Below the pieces are notes generated by a model that saw nothing but the letters and a program-made list of their open reading frames with translations, did no database searches and was not told where the DNA came from. Made by a program: the position numbers and the translations under genes. DNA of 64,000 nt, taken from the NCBI RefSeq assembly GCF_009914755.1, contig NC_060938.1. One strand, given 5' to 3'. The DNA is from the human T2T-CHM13v2.0 reference genome, Homo sapiens. Below, in pieces: positions 63,291 through 64,000 of the stretch (positions within the stretch are counted from its first letter, which is position 1; every line of letters starts with the position of its first letter).

Positions 63291-64000
63291 ATCTGCAAGT
63301 GCATATTTAGAGCCCTTTGAGGCCTATGGTGGAAAATGAACTATCCTCAAATAAAAACTACACAGCAGTATTCTGAGAAACTTCTTTGTGACGTGTGCAT
63401 TCATCTCACAGAGTTGAACCTTTATTTTGACTGAGCAGTTTTGAGACAATCTTTCCATATAACCTGGAAGTGAATATTTGGAGGGCTTTGAGTTCTATTT
63501 TGGAGATGGAGATATCTTCATGTGAAAACTACATAGAAGCATTCTGAGAAACATCTTTGTGAGGTGTGCACTGAAGTCACATTGTTGAACCTATCTTTTG
63601 ATTCAGCAGTTCTGAATCTCTCTTTTTGCAGAATCTGCGAGTGGATATTTGGAGCACTTTGAGGCGTACTGTGGAAAATCAAATATCTTCACATAAAAAC
63701 TACACAGAAGCATTCTCAGAAACTTCTTTGTGAGGTGTGCATTCATCTCACAGAGTTGAATGTCTCTGTTGATTGAGCAGTTTTGAAACACTCTTTTTGT
63801 AGAATCTGCAAGTGGATATTTGGAGCTCATTGGGGCCTACTGTGGAAAAACAAATATCTTCACATAAAAACTACACAGAAGCATTCTGAGAAACTTCTTT
63901 GTGATCTGTGCATTCATCTCACAGAGTTGAATCTTTCTTTTGATACAGCAGTTTTGAAACGCTATTTTTTTAGAATCTGCAGGTGGATATTTGGAGCCTT

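Larger units (their letters stand above)
47401..64000 (+). repeat. Divergent monomeric alpha satellite, layer 2 (A-type monomers), interrupted by the L1
   Basis: ~171-bp monomers with signatures aagtggatatttgg and actacacagaagcattctgag. The box position reads ctatggtggaaaaggaa (pJ-alpha/A box) rather than CTTCGTTGGAAACGGGA. Confidence 0.93.

Noticed and set aside
40581-64000. Active centromeric higher-order array or CENP-B boxes
   Set aside because: Monomers are divergent and carry the A-type box. Near matches (tcgtggaaaagg ~57521, ggtggaaacgg ~59231) lack the full TTCG....A..CGGG core. Retroelement insertions also point to an inactive layer.

Overview
Hominid (human or great-ape) pericentromeric heterochromatin with no credible protein-coding gene. 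Bases 1-~40580 are a GGAAT/GGAGT pentamer satellite (HSat3-type). It is composite: about 54 copies (manual count) of a ~77-bp cassette carrying the CpG-decayed 3' end of an Alu punctuate it, all on the + strand. Bases 1-~25.5 kb form a homogeneous ~7.45-kb higher-order repeat with seven cassettes per unit, including two internally deleted units (~3.4 kb and ~5.7 kb). Bases ~25.5-40.6 kb are older and more divergent, with denser, more Alu-like cassettes. The satellite joins abruptly to divergent alpha satellite (~40581-64000) in which I saw no CENP-B box; it has at least two sequence layers and several local duplications. The alpha satellite is interrupted by a full-length older-type SVA that appears to carry a 3'-transduced L1MA fragment, and by a 5'-truncated L1PA2-like element. 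All long ORFs are repeat artefacts. Repeat families and subfamilies were recognised from remembered consensus sequences, not database searches, and coordinates and counts were read by eye.
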